Shown in pieces: positions 1 through 7,939 of a stretch of 24,451 nt of DNA. Below the pieces are notes generated by a model that was not told the DNA's origin, did not search any database, and saw only the letters and a program-made list of their open reading frames with translations. The stretch is from the NCBI GenBank assembly GCA_046538465.1, contig JBKHIW010000001.1:1-24451 (forward strand), written 5' to 3'. The number at the start of each line of letters is the position of its first letter. Within the stretch, counting starts at the first letter, position 1. Both the position numbers and the translations under genes were made by a program. This DNA comes from Desulfobacteraceae bacterium (GTDB taxonomy: Bacteria > Desulfobacterota > DSM-4660 > Desulfatiglandales > HGW-15).

Positions 1-909
1 CTTGAGAAGACCGGCGAAATCTACCTGCCCTGCCCCTTGGTCCCACCGATAGGAGTTGACGTTCTGACCGAGCAGGGTTATTTCTTTCACCCCGCCCGCG
101 ACAAGCCCCTCAGCCTCCTCCAGTATGTCGGCCGGGGATCTGCCGGCCTCCCGCCCCCGGACATAAGGCACTATGCAATAGCTGCAGAAGTTGTCACAGC
201 CCTGCATTATGGTGATAAAATCTTTCACCCTGCCCTTGAAGTATTCCTCGGCCCCCTTGGCCGGAGCGGTCATCGGGGGGTGGTCAATGTCAACCGCTGC
301 AACCCGCTCACCGGTTTCCATGGTCCTCGCCACCAAGGCCGCTGTCCTGGGCGACTCCCTTGCACCGATCACTAGGTCGAGCTCCGGGAACCGTTTGAGC
401 AGGACCTCCCCTTCCTGCTGTGCCACGCATCCCATCATCACCAGTATCCGCGCCCGGCCTCGTTTCTTGAGCCGGGACATGCGGCCCAAAGTGCTCATAG
501 CCTTCTGCTCGGCCTTTTCCCTGACGCTGCAGGTGTTGACGATCAATATATCCGCCTCTTCAGGGCTCTCCGCGGGGGCCAGGCCGTGCTGGACAAGACA
601 CCGGGCCGCATAGTCAGAGTCGTACTCGTTCATTTGGCAGCCCATGGTGAAAATAAAGAACCGACACTGTTCCCCGGCGACCTCGTCCCGGCACGGAACG
701 GCTAGGACGGCCCTTCGCCCTTTTCCCAGGCCTCGGATCGCCTCTCTGACCAAATCCTCGCAGCCCGGTGCGATGTTGACCTCCATGAGCCCTGAACCGG
801 GGTCCAAGGTCCTGACCAACGCCATGCCGTCATAGGACTCCAGGGTTGTGCGAAACCTGTGGATATCCTTCTTGTCAACCCTGTAGTACTGCTTAGTGCT
901 GGTCTCCAT
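1..909 (-). CDS. miaB: tRNA-i6A37 methylthiotransferase MiaB with N-terminal DUF4911-like domain; 3' end beyond the left edge of the window
   Basis: Not in the ORF track because there is no stop in the window. Translated by hand from ATG 909: 303 open codons, METSTKQYYRVDKKDIHRFRTTLESYDGMALVRTLDPGSGLMEVNIAPGCE...FFIFTMGCQMNEYDS...IVNTCSVREKAEQK...MGCVAQ...IMQGCDNFCSYCIVPYVRGRE...EITLLGQNVNSY. Shows the UPF0004 cysteines, the radical-SAM CxxxCxxC, and the MiaB-typical REKAEQK and GQNVNSY. Confidence 0.9.
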   Translation of the reverse strand, partial: METSTKQYYRVDKKDIHRFRTTLESYDGMALVRTLDPGSGLMEVNIAPGCEDLVREAIRGLGKGRRAVLAVPCRDEVAGEQCRFFIFTMGCQMNEYDSDYAARCLVQHGLAPAESPEEADILIVNTCSVREKAEQKAMSTLGRMSRLKKRGRARILVMMGCVAQQEGEVLLKRFPELDLVIGARESPRTAALVARTMETGERVAAVDIDHPPMTAPAKGAEEYFKGRVKDFITIMQGCDNFCSYCIVPYVRGREAGRSPADILEEAEGLVAGGVKEITLLGQNVNSYRWDQGAGQVDFAGLLK

Positions 910-1795
910 GATTGACCGCGCCCGCCCCTCCACCCCACATAAGCTTTGTACGAAGGATCTCGAAGTAGGTCTGATAGGGTGACTTGACCAGCCTGATGCG
1001 CTCCTTGGATTTTTGAATTACCACTTTGTCGCCGTTTAGAAAGTTGAATCCAACCTGGCCGTCCAAGGTCAAGGCCACCTCCTCAAAGACCTCATCGCCC
1101 ATCTCGATCCTTACCGCGGCGGTGTCAGGAAAAATTATGGGGCGGTTGGTAAGAGTGAAAGGGCATATGGGAGCAAGTATGATATTGGACAGGGTGGGAT
1201 ACACAATAGGTCCCCCTGCTGAGAGGTTGTAGGCGGTTGATCCGGTGGGCGTGGAGATGATAAGCCCGTCCGCCCTGAAGGTGGTGAGGAACTGATCATT
1301 GATATGGACCTTGAGGTTGAGGATGCGGGCCGGTGCGCTCTTATTGATCACCACGTCATTGAGCGCCATTGACCTGAAGGCCTCTTCGCCGCCCCTGACC
1401 ACCCGCGCATCCAGCATCAAACGGCTCTCCACCTCCAACTCGCCCTGAAGCATGCGCTCCACCGTGGGGTAGAGCATCTTCAGGGGCACCTCGGTCATGA
1501 AACCGAGGCCGCCGAGGTTGACACCGAGTATTGGAGCCCCAAGCCCTCCTACCAGCCTTGCGGCACCCAGCAGAGTGCCGTCGCCCCCCAGTACCACGAT
1601 CCAATCCACACTTTCCCGGACGGCCGAGGATCGACGAGGCTCGGGCCGGGCCGTCCATGACCCGGGAGCCTCCATCTCTTCTGAAAAAACAAAAACTCCT
1701 CTCTGCTCCAGCCACTCCTGGAGGCGGGCGGCCTCCCTCCTGGCGGGTTCATATTTGTATTTATATATTATCCCGACCGATACACTTGTTTTCAT
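893..1795 (-). CDS. nadK: NAD(+)/NADH kinase
   Basis: GGDGT motif, GVNLGGLGF, ALNDVV, DGLIISTPTGSTAYNLSAGGP, LDGQ; 300 aa. Confidence 0.95.
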   Translation of the reverse strand: MKTSVSVGIIYKYKYEPARREAARLQEWLEQRGVFVFSEEMEAPGSWTARPEPRRSSAVRESVDWIVVLGGDGTLLGAARLVGGLGAPILGVNLGGLGFMTEVPLKMLYPTVERMLQGELEVESRLMLDARVVRGGEEAFRSMALNDVVINKSAPARILNLKVHINDQFLTTFRADGLIISTPTGSTAYNLSAGGPIVYPTLSNIILAPICPFTLTNRPIIFPDTAAVRIEMGDEVFEEVALTLDGQVGFNFLNGDKVVIQKSKERIRLVKSPYQTYFEILRTKLMWGGGAGAVNHGDQH

Positions 1796-1805
1796 TTTGT
1801 AGGGC

Positions 1806-2408
1806 TCATCTGCGGTCCTGGTGGATCACCGCCCAGTCTTCTGCATGATCCGAAGTGGTGTCCACCACTATATGTTCTACCGAAAGAGACGGCAGCCCGC
1901 TGAGCAGTTTGTCAAGATCCACAGGCTCGAATACGGCCTTGTTATTGAAGTAAGCCTGCTCAGTAAGAGCGTTGGAGTCGTATTCACCCCTGGATCGAGC
2001 CAGGATCCGCCTTATGGAGACCTCCTCGGGGCATCTGGTCTCCTGGATCACCAGAGTCATATTACTCTCAACGGCCACGCGGGCCGCCCTGCGCCGCAGG
2101 GCCTGCGTGGCAAAGGTGGCATCCATGACCAACCCTATGCCGAGGCCTGCAAAACGCCCGGCCATGCGAAACACCTCTTCGTATACCTCTTCCCTCTTCC
2201 CCATGTCCGAGGCGAGCTTTTCATTAAATACGTCCAGGTCTTTGAAGACCTCCAAGCGCAGAATATCTGTTCGGAGTACTATATATCCCTTGAGCCGCGC
2301 TGCGATCTCCGTAGACCGGGTTTTACCCGAGGCGGGGAGCCCGCAGGCGATCAGCACCACCCTGGAGCCCAACTCTCTTTCAATGTAAGCTTGGAACGGT
2401 TCGTCCAA
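1806..2408 (-). CDS. AAA_33-family P-loop kinase (COG0645-like, gluconate-kinase-like fold)
   Basis: Walker A GLPASGKT, LRTDILR, VMDATF..QALRRRA. Start moved from the track's 2522 to TTG 2408, which has GGAG 7 nt upstream and avoids overlap with the upstream gene. Confidence 0.75.
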   Translation of the reverse strand: MDEPFQAYIERELGSRVVLIACGLPASGKTRSTEIAARLKGYIVLRTDILRLEVFKDLDVFNEKLASDMGKREEVYEEVFRMAGRFAGLGIGLVMDATFATQALRRRAARVAVESNMTLVIQETRCPEEVSIRRILARSRGEYDSNALTEQAYFNNKAVFEPVDLDKLLSGLPSLSVEHIVVDTTSDHAEDWAVIHQDRR

Positions 2409-2439
2409 ATTGACACTCCGGGCCTCTGCGGCCGACTGC

Positions 2440-3444
2440 TTACTCCTCGATATAGGACCGGGCCAAAGCAAAGTACTTCCCGGCGACAACGGCCGCCTCG
2501 TCCCGGGCGGTGGGGGAGACACCCTGGTCGTCCAACTGAAAGCCTATGACCTTTCCCCTGACGTATGCCCTGTAAACCTTGTAGAAGGTGAGGAGGCGCT
2601 CCATGCCGCTCTCGCACGCCGGCTCTGCATAGGCCCTCCAAAGACACCCAGCGGCCTCGTATCCGCCCCGGAACTCCAAATCCATCAGCAAAAAAGCGAT
2701 ATCCGCCAGTATATCAGTATACCTGAATCGATCGTTGAATTCTATGCAGTCTATTACCGCCACTTTTTCTTCATCCAGAAGGCAGATGTGCTCCATGTGG
2801 AGGTCGCCGTGACAATCCCGTATACGACCGCTGGAGACCCGTTCCTCAAAGAGCTCGGAGTACCCCTTGAAAAAGTCCTCGGTCCAACGTTTGATTTCAG
2901 CATAGTCCTGCGAGTCTATTGTACGTCCTATATACGGCGCGGTCTGCTCAAAGTTCTCGTCCGTGTTGACCTTGAAGTTCTCCCAATGACCGAAGTTGTC
3001 GATCGTCGGCGAGCGCGCGGCCTTTAGATGGAAATCGGCCAGGACTCGGGCCACCCTCTTCAAGTGATGCTCCTTGAGCTCTCCCCGCTCATACAAATAG
3101 CGCATGAGCCTCTGTTCAGGAATACGTCTCATCCGCACGGCATAGTCAACTGTTTCCCCGGACCCGCCAAGGCGGTCCCTTCCCTTGTCCCTGGTCACAG
3201 GGATCACCCCCAGGTATATGTCCTCGGACAGGCGTTGATTGAGCCTGACTTCCTCCCTGCAGTAATGTCCGCGGAGCTCCAGGGTGGAAAAATTCAGGAA
3301 GCCGAAGTCAACCGGCTTCTTGATCTTGTAGACGAAGTCATCTCCCACCAAGACCATGGATATATGGGTCTGGATTAGACGCACGTCTGTGGTGGGATCC
3401 GGCAGCGAAGATGGATCTAACAGGTCTTCAATCCTTGCAGACAT
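2440..3444 (-). CDS. Aminoglycoside-phosphotransferase-like kinase (COG2187-like)
   Basis: LIQTHIS, VYKIKKPVDFGFLNFSTLE, catalytic-loop RDCHGDLH and IDCIEF motifs typical of this family; 334 aa. Confidence 0.8.
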   Translation of the reverse strand: MSARIEDLLDPSSLPDPTTDVRLIQTHISMVLVGDDFVYKIKKPVDFGFLNFSTLELRGHYCREEVRLNQRLSEDIYLGVIPVTRDKGRDRLGGSGETVDYAVRMRRIPEQRLMRYLYERGELKEHHLKRVARVLADFHLKAARSPTIDNFGHWENFKVNTDENFEQTAPYIGRTIDSQDYAEIKRWTEDFFKGYSELFEERVSSGRIRDCHGDLHMEHICLLDEEKVAVIDCIEFNDRFRYTDILADIAFLLMDLEFRGGYEAAGCLWRAYAEPACESGMERLLTFYKVYRAYVRGKVIGFQLDDQGVSPTARDEAAVVAGKYFALARSYIEE

Positions 3445-3521
3445 CTCCTTCCCTTTCCGGCTTTTCCTGAACGAGCCCTGGATACCGGGCAGTCCGCGCT
3501 ATGTGCGGGCGGCCGCCCTGC

Positions 3522-3549
3522 ATCTTATTCAGCCGCCCTGCCCTGTCAA
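3522..3549 (-). promoter_or_regulatory. Candidate sigma70 promoter for the kinase-kinase-nadK-miaB operon
   Basis: Minus strand TTGACA (3549-3544), 16-nt spacer, TAAGAT (3527-3522), about 80 nt upstream of the 3444 start. Confidence 0.55.
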
Positions 3550-3667
3550 CCTTTTTATCTTCTGGTATCAGGACCTCTTCACTGTTGAAGGGCTTTGTGA
3601 TAACTACCTCTGTCCAGTGAAGCAAAATGCGGATCTCAGCGGATCCTGATTCCAGGGAGGGACTGTG

Positions 3668-4516
3668 ATGGGAATAATGGAGAGCGTGGATCGGGCGGCG
3701 GGCTTCCTGGCCTCCAAGGCGACTGAGCGACCACTGGTAGGCATGATAACCGGTACGGGCCTTGGTGGTCTCACCAAGGATATGGAGGTGGACATTCGTA
3801 TTCCCTACAGCGACATACCCGGGTTTTCCAGCTCCACTATTGAAGGACATAAGGGTACTTTGGCCTGTGGGAGGATATACGGCAAAAGGGCGGTGGTGAT
3901 GGAAGGGAGGCTCCATCTCTACGAAGGCTATGAGCCCGGTCAAGTCGTCTTTCCGGTTCGGGTGATGGCGAGAATGGGGGTTGAATGCCTGCTGATATCC
4001 AGTGCGGCGGGAGGGCTCAATCCATGGTTCATTCCGGGGGACCTTATGTTGGTGAGAGACCACATCAATTTGACAGGGAAAAATCCTCTGACAGGCCCTA
4101 ACCCGGAGGGCCTGGGGCCTCGTTTTCCGGATATGAGCAGTCCATATGATCCCCGCCTGATAAGGCTGGCTCGCAGTCAGGCCTCGGCCCTGGGAATAGA
4201 CCTTAAAGAAGGGGTTTATGCAGGAGTCAGCGGTCCCAGCCTGGAAACCCCCGCCGAGACAAGATTCCTCAGGGCTATAGGCGCGGATGCCGTGGGCATG
4301 TCCACGGTCCTGGAGGTAATTGCGGCGGTTCACAGCGGACTGCGTGTGGCAGCCGTGGTAGCGGTTACCAACGTCAACCTCCCGGACTGCATGCGGCCCA
4401 CTACGCTGGAGGAGGTAATCACTAACGCCGAGCGCGCAGCCCCTGCACTCAGGGCGGTATGGAGGGGCCTCCTGGAGACCCTGACTCCTGAGGGCGATCC
4501 GACTGAAAGAGGCTGA
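3668..4516 (+). CDS. punA: Purine-nucleoside phosphorylase, trimeric (PNP-I/XapA-type)
   Basis: GTGLGG, GRLHLYEGY, SAAGGLN, DHINL, GPSLETPAE, GADAVGMST, VTN. AGGGAGG lies 7 nt upstream of ATG 3668 (track uses GTG 3665). Confidence 0.92.
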   Translation: MGIMESVDRAAGFLASKATERPLVGMITGTGLGGLTKDMEVDIRIPYSDIPGFSSSTIEGHKGTLACGRIYGKRAVVMEGRLHLYEGYEPGQVVFPVRVMARMGVECLLISSAAGGLNPWFIPGDLMLVRDHINLTGKNPLTGPNPEGLGPRFPDMSSPYDPRLIRLARSQASALGIDLKEGVYAGVSGPSLETPAETRFLRAIGADAVGMSTVLEVIAAVHSGLRVAAVVAVTNVNLPDCMRPTTLEEVITNAERAAPALRAVWRGLLETLTPEGDPTERG

Positions 4517-4537
4517 TCTTAGAAATAGGAGGCGGTT

Positions 4538-5860
4538 ATGGAGCATGCCGACATCTTGGTGGAAAACGCAACCATACTCACTGTCGATCTCGATAACACC
4601 ATTATCCAGGGAGGCTCAATAGCTGTTCGCGGTGACACCATAATCCATGTGGGGTCCCCGGCAGGCAGCGAGTGGCGAGCGGAGACGAAAATCGACGCCA
4701 AGGGAGGAATAGTGCTTCCCGGACTGGTGAACGCCCATACCCATGCAGCCATGACCCTCTTCCGGGGATTGGCCGACGACCTGCCGCTGATGGAGTGGCT
4801 GACCGACTATATTTTTCCGGTGGAAAAACGCATGGACGCCGATTTTGTAAGGACAGGGAGCCTTCTAGCCTGCGCTGAAATGATCCTTTCAGGCACCACG
4901 ACGTTTTGTGACATGTATCTCTTCGAGGCCGAGACCGCACGTGCTGCCGAACAGGCCGGTATGCGCTGCGTGGTGGGAGAGGTGTTGTATGATTTCGACT
5001 CCCCTTCCTACGGAGACCTTGAAAACGGCTTCAAGACTACCGAGGCCCTGATAAGTGACTGGAGTGGCCATCCTCTGGTATCAGTGGCAGTGGAGCCCCA
5101 CTCCCTTTTTACATGCAGCCCGGATCTCCTCGCCAGGGCCCGCGAGATAGCCGAAGCCGGTCAAGTTCCAATGGCCATACACTTGGCAGAGACCGAGAAC
5201 GAGGTTCGGAGGATACGGGAGCAATACGGCAGGCTCCCTGTTGAGCACCTTGCTGAGCTGGGGCTCCTGGGACCGGACCTGATAGCGGCCCACTGCGTCC
5301 ACCTTGAGGAGCACGAAATCTCCATGTTGGCGGAAGCCGGGGTAAAAGTGGTCCACAATCCGGAGAGCAACATGAAGCTCGCCTCGGGCGTTGCGCCTGT
5401 AACCCGGCTCCTGGAAGCCGGGCTGACTGTATCCCTGGGGACCGACGGCTGCGCCTCCAACAACAATCTGGACCTCCTATGCGAGATGGATACCGCCGCC
5501 AAGCTCCATAAGGTGCACACAATGGACGCAACCGCCCTGAGCGCAGAAACTCTCCTGCGCATGGCCACCATAGACGGGGCAAAGGCCTTGGGTCTCGACC
5601 CGGTCATAGGCTCATTGGAGCCCGGCAAAAAGGCGGACATGATCATCCTGGATATCGACGCCCCTCATCTCACCCCTTTGTACAATCCCGCCTCTCATGT
5701 GGTCTACTCGGCCTCGGGAAGCGATGTGCGCTGCTCCATAATAAATGGACGGGTGGTGATGGAAAACCGCGTGCTTCTCACGTTGGCACTCCCTGAGATC
5801 CTGGAGAGGGTAAAGCTGAGGGCCGGTGACGTACGCACGTGGACGTCCAAAAAGGTATAA
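4538..5860 (+). CDS. mtaD: 5'-methylthioadenosine/S-adenosylhomocysteine (5'-deoxyadenosine) deaminase, amidohydrolase family
   Basis: NAHTHAAMTLFRG..DD..LMEWL..YIFP.E, HLAET, AHCVH, HNPESNMKLASG, LGTDGCASNN, GSLEPGKKAD; GGAGG RBS. Confidence 0.88.
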   Translation: MEHADILVENATILTVDLDNTIIQGGSIAVRGDTIIHVGSPAGSEWRAETKIDAKGGIVLPGLVNAHTHAAMTLFRGLADDLPLMEWLTDYIFPVEKRMDADFVRTGSLLACAEMILSGTTTFCDMYLFEAETARAAEQAGMRCVVGEVLYDFDSPSYGDLENGFKTTEALISDWSGHPLVSVAVEPHSLFTCSPDLLARAREIAEAGQVPMAIHLAETENEVRRIREQYGRLPVEHLAELGLLGPDLIAAHCVHLEEHEISMLAEAGVKVVHNPESNMKLASGVAPVTRLLEAGLTVSLGTDGCASNNNLDLLCEMDTAAKLHKVHTMDATALSAETLLRMATIDGAKALGLDPVIGSLEPGKKADMIILDIDAPHLTPLYNPASHVVYSASGSDVRCSIINGRVVMENRVLLTLALPEILERVKLRAGDVRTWTSKKV

Positions 5861-5914
5861 AAATTAAATAATCAAATTAGAATTTTAACAAAGATAGCTC
5901 ATAATTTTTCTCAG

Positions 5915-7048
5915 CTATTGATTCGGTCTGACAAACCTGATGAGAGTGATCTCAGGAGGGCTGAGTATCCGAACCGGCGGGCCCCAGGTACCTGCCCCCC
6001 TGTTTACGTAAAGGACGGAGCCGTTCCCTGCATCATAGCGGCCTTTGAAGTAGGGGAAAACGCGTGAGACCAGCAGACCAAAAGGAAAAATCTGCCCGCC
6101 GTGCGTGTGTCCTGAGAGCTGAATGTCGAAACTCCCGGGAGCGCCCTCTTCCAGCTCAGGTCTGTGCGTAAGAAGAATCACCAGCCGGTCCTCATCGATC
6201 CGGGAAAGCATGGGGCGGGCGCGGGGAGGCGGCTCGACACCCCTCTCAGACCCGGTCGGGTCGTCGATACCGACCACCGCCAGCCAGGAGGAAGGCATGG
6301 CGGCAAGGTTGCGAAGGACGGTGAAGTCCGCCCGTTCCATAAAGTCCACGCTCCATTCCACCCCGGCGTAGAATTCATGGTTGCCCAACACGGCATACTT
6401 GCCGAGAGGGGGGGATAACTTTCTGAAGACGGCCTGGATCAGGTCCGGCCGTCTGCTTCCCCTGTCCACCAAATCCCCGGTCGCCGCGATCAAGTCCGGG
6501 CGGAGCAAGGCCGTCCGTTTCGCTACGCGCTCGGCCTCCTTCAGACTGTTTATCTCTCCCAGATGCAAATCGGATATTTGGACCACCCGCAGTTCGTTGA
6601 CCTCCGGGGGCAGCTTGGAGGTCTGCACCTCCAGCTCCTCCACCCGAAGATCGCCTGCCTCCAAGTGACCGTAAGCACTTGCGATCAGTGCAGCCCCTGC
6701 GCACGCTGCAAATCCTGCCCTGACCGTACGCCGGTCCCACGGCCTGCCTGCGAGGGCAAAAAGGCCCCTCACGACATCAACCGCACCCTGTGCACAAACA
6801 AATAGAAAAATCAGGGCCATCCACTCATACCCGATATAGAGAGTCAAAACAGGTAGAGGGCCTTCCCAGATTGAACCCAAAACCCTTCCAAGGACCGGAG
6901 AGATCCACATGAACCCCAACCAGGCGAGAACAACAGCCCTTCCGCGTGCTCCCAAAGGACGGCAGGCGATCAGTTTGAGATAAAGGTAGGTGTGGGCAAG
7001 GGCGTAGAGGCCCAAGACCGCTGTTAGAAAAATGACAAAAGAGGCCAT
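5915..7048 (-). CDS. Membrane-anchored calcineurin-like metallophosphoesterase (YkuE-like)
   Basis: N-terminal hydrophobic helices followed by SDLHLG, TGDLVDR, LGNHEFY, LLTHRP, LSGHTHGGQI. Start set to ATG 7048 (377 aa); the track's 7252 start would overlap the divergent gene and promoters. Confidence 0.88.
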   Translation of the reverse strand: MASFVIFLTAVLGLYALAHTYLYLKLIACRPLGARGRAVVLAWLGFMWISPVLGRVLGSIWEGPLPVLTLYIGYEWMALIFLFVCAQGAVDVVRGLFALAGRPWDRRTVRAGFAACAGAALIASAYGHLEAGDLRVEELEVQTSKLPPEVNELRVVQISDLHLGEINSLKEAERVAKRTALLRPDLIAATGDLVDRGSRRPDLIQAVFRKLSPPLGKYAVLGNHEFYAGVEWSVDFMERADFTVLRNLAAMPSSWLAVVGIDDPTGSERGVEPPPRARPMLSRIDEDRLVILLTHRPELEEGAPGSFDIQLSGHTHGGQIFPFGLLVSRVFPYFKGRYDAGNGSVLYVNRGAGTWGPPVRILSPPEITLIRFVRPNQ

Positions 7049-7061
7049 ATCGCTTGATCCT

Positions 7062-7089
7062 TTGAAATGCCTGCGAAATATATTAGAAT
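7062..7089 (+). promoter_or_regulatory. Candidate sigma70 promoter for the ATP-grasp/PBP/lipoprotein operon
   Basis: TTGAAA (7062-7067), 16-nt spacer, TAGAAT (7084-7089). Confidence 0.55.
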
Positions 7090-7105
7090 AAAAAAGATTG
7101 GTCAA
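7077..7105 (-). promoter_or_regulatory. Candidate sigma70 promoter for the metallophosphoesterase
   Basis: Minus strand TTGACC (7105-7100), 17-nt spacer, TATATT (7082-7077). Confidence 0.55.
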
Positions 7106-7109
7106 ACTC

Positions 7110-7133
7110 GCATCTGAAATGAGCATCTGAAAT
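7110..7133. repeat. 11-bp direct repeat GCATCTGAAAT x2 (13-bp period)
   Basis: Exact copies at 7110-7120 and 7123-7133, between the promoters and ATG 7139. Confidence 0.8.
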
Positions 7134-7138
7134 AGCGC

Positions 7139-7939
7139 ATGCAGCCTCCCTTTACTCCTCACCTCTACTTCATTGCCTTGGGCAGCCGTCTTCGCGGCGT
7201 GCCCGAGGTTCGTACCTTGGGAGTCAGGCCCAACTTTCAAGACTACACCCAAGAGGAACGGGAGGAGATACTCAACGCATCGCTGGTCCTTTATCCCACG
7301 CGGAATTACGCCCAGTTTCTTACTACCATGGGAAGGCCCATTTTCCCGAGCCTGGAGACCTACTTATACGCAGATGAGAAGATCCTTCAGAGCACCCTTT
7401 TCCAGATGCTGGGCATAAATCATCCATTGACCCGGTTCTATTACCCCCTTCATCATCACCGGATTCTTGAGGACTTCTCGTTCCCATTCGTTGCCAAACT
7501 ACCCAGGGCCTCCTCCCGCGGCCGAGGCGTCTTCCTGGTGGAAAAACCGGCGGATCTATGGAATTATCTGGACCGCACCAAGGTGGCTTATATTCAGGAA
7601 TTTCTCCCCCACAATCGAGATTTGAGGGTGGTGCTGATCAACTATGACCCAGTACTGGCGTATTGGCGCAAGGCGGCTCCCGGAAGCTTCAAGACCAACC
7701 TTTCCCAGGGCGGCTCCCCGGATTTCGACGGAATTCCGGAAGACATTTTGGCCTTTGCCTCAGAATGCGCCTGGAAGTGCAGATTCAATGATGTTGGGCT
7801 TGACTTCATTTACTGCCATGGAAGATGGTATCTAATCGAGGCGAACATGATGTACGGTCGCAAAGGCCTTTCTCTAAGGGGAATGGATCTCAAGGAAATC
7901 ATTCGCGGGAAACTGGTTAATGGCAAAATCACTCCGTGA
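7139..7939 (+). CDS. RimK-like ATP-grasp (alpha-L-glutamate ligase family) protein
   Basis: DEK, FPFVAK..ASSRGRGVFL, YIQEFL..RDLRV, FKTNLSQGG, GLDF, YLIEAN; 266 aa. Confidence 0.8.
   Translation: MQPPFTPHLYFIALGSRLRGVPEVRTLGVRPNFQDYTQEEREEILNASLVLYPTRNYAQFLTTMGRPIFPSLETYLYADEKILQSTLFQMLGINHPLTRFYYPLHHHRILEDFSFPFVAKLPRASSRGRGVFLVEKPADLWNYLDRTKVAYIQEFLPHNRDLRVVLINYDPVLAYWRKAAPGSFKTNLSQGGSPDFDGIPEDILAFASECAWKCRFNDVGLDFIYCHGRWYLIEANMMYGRKGLSLRGMDLKEIIRGKLVNGKITP

Noticed and set aside
3428-4546. 372-aa minus-strand ORF, and other long antisense ORFs (1821..2549, 9210..9926, 14786..15589, 16068..16862, 17822..18709, 22245..22928)
   Set aside because: Each lies opposite a gene with clear family motifs and has no recognisable motif of its own. 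Long shadow ORFs are expected in GC-rich coding DNA.
4538-5860. Amidohydrolase as an aminodeoxyfutalosine deaminase belonging to the mqn genes
   Set aside because: Its motifs match the MtaD/DadD subfamily, it is paired with a PNP, and it lies more than 10 kb from mqnL. Not excluded, but not supported.
5861-5914. Very AT-rich 54-bp spacer between convergent genes
   Set aside because: No convincing hairpin or repeat, and too short to indicate foreign DNA.
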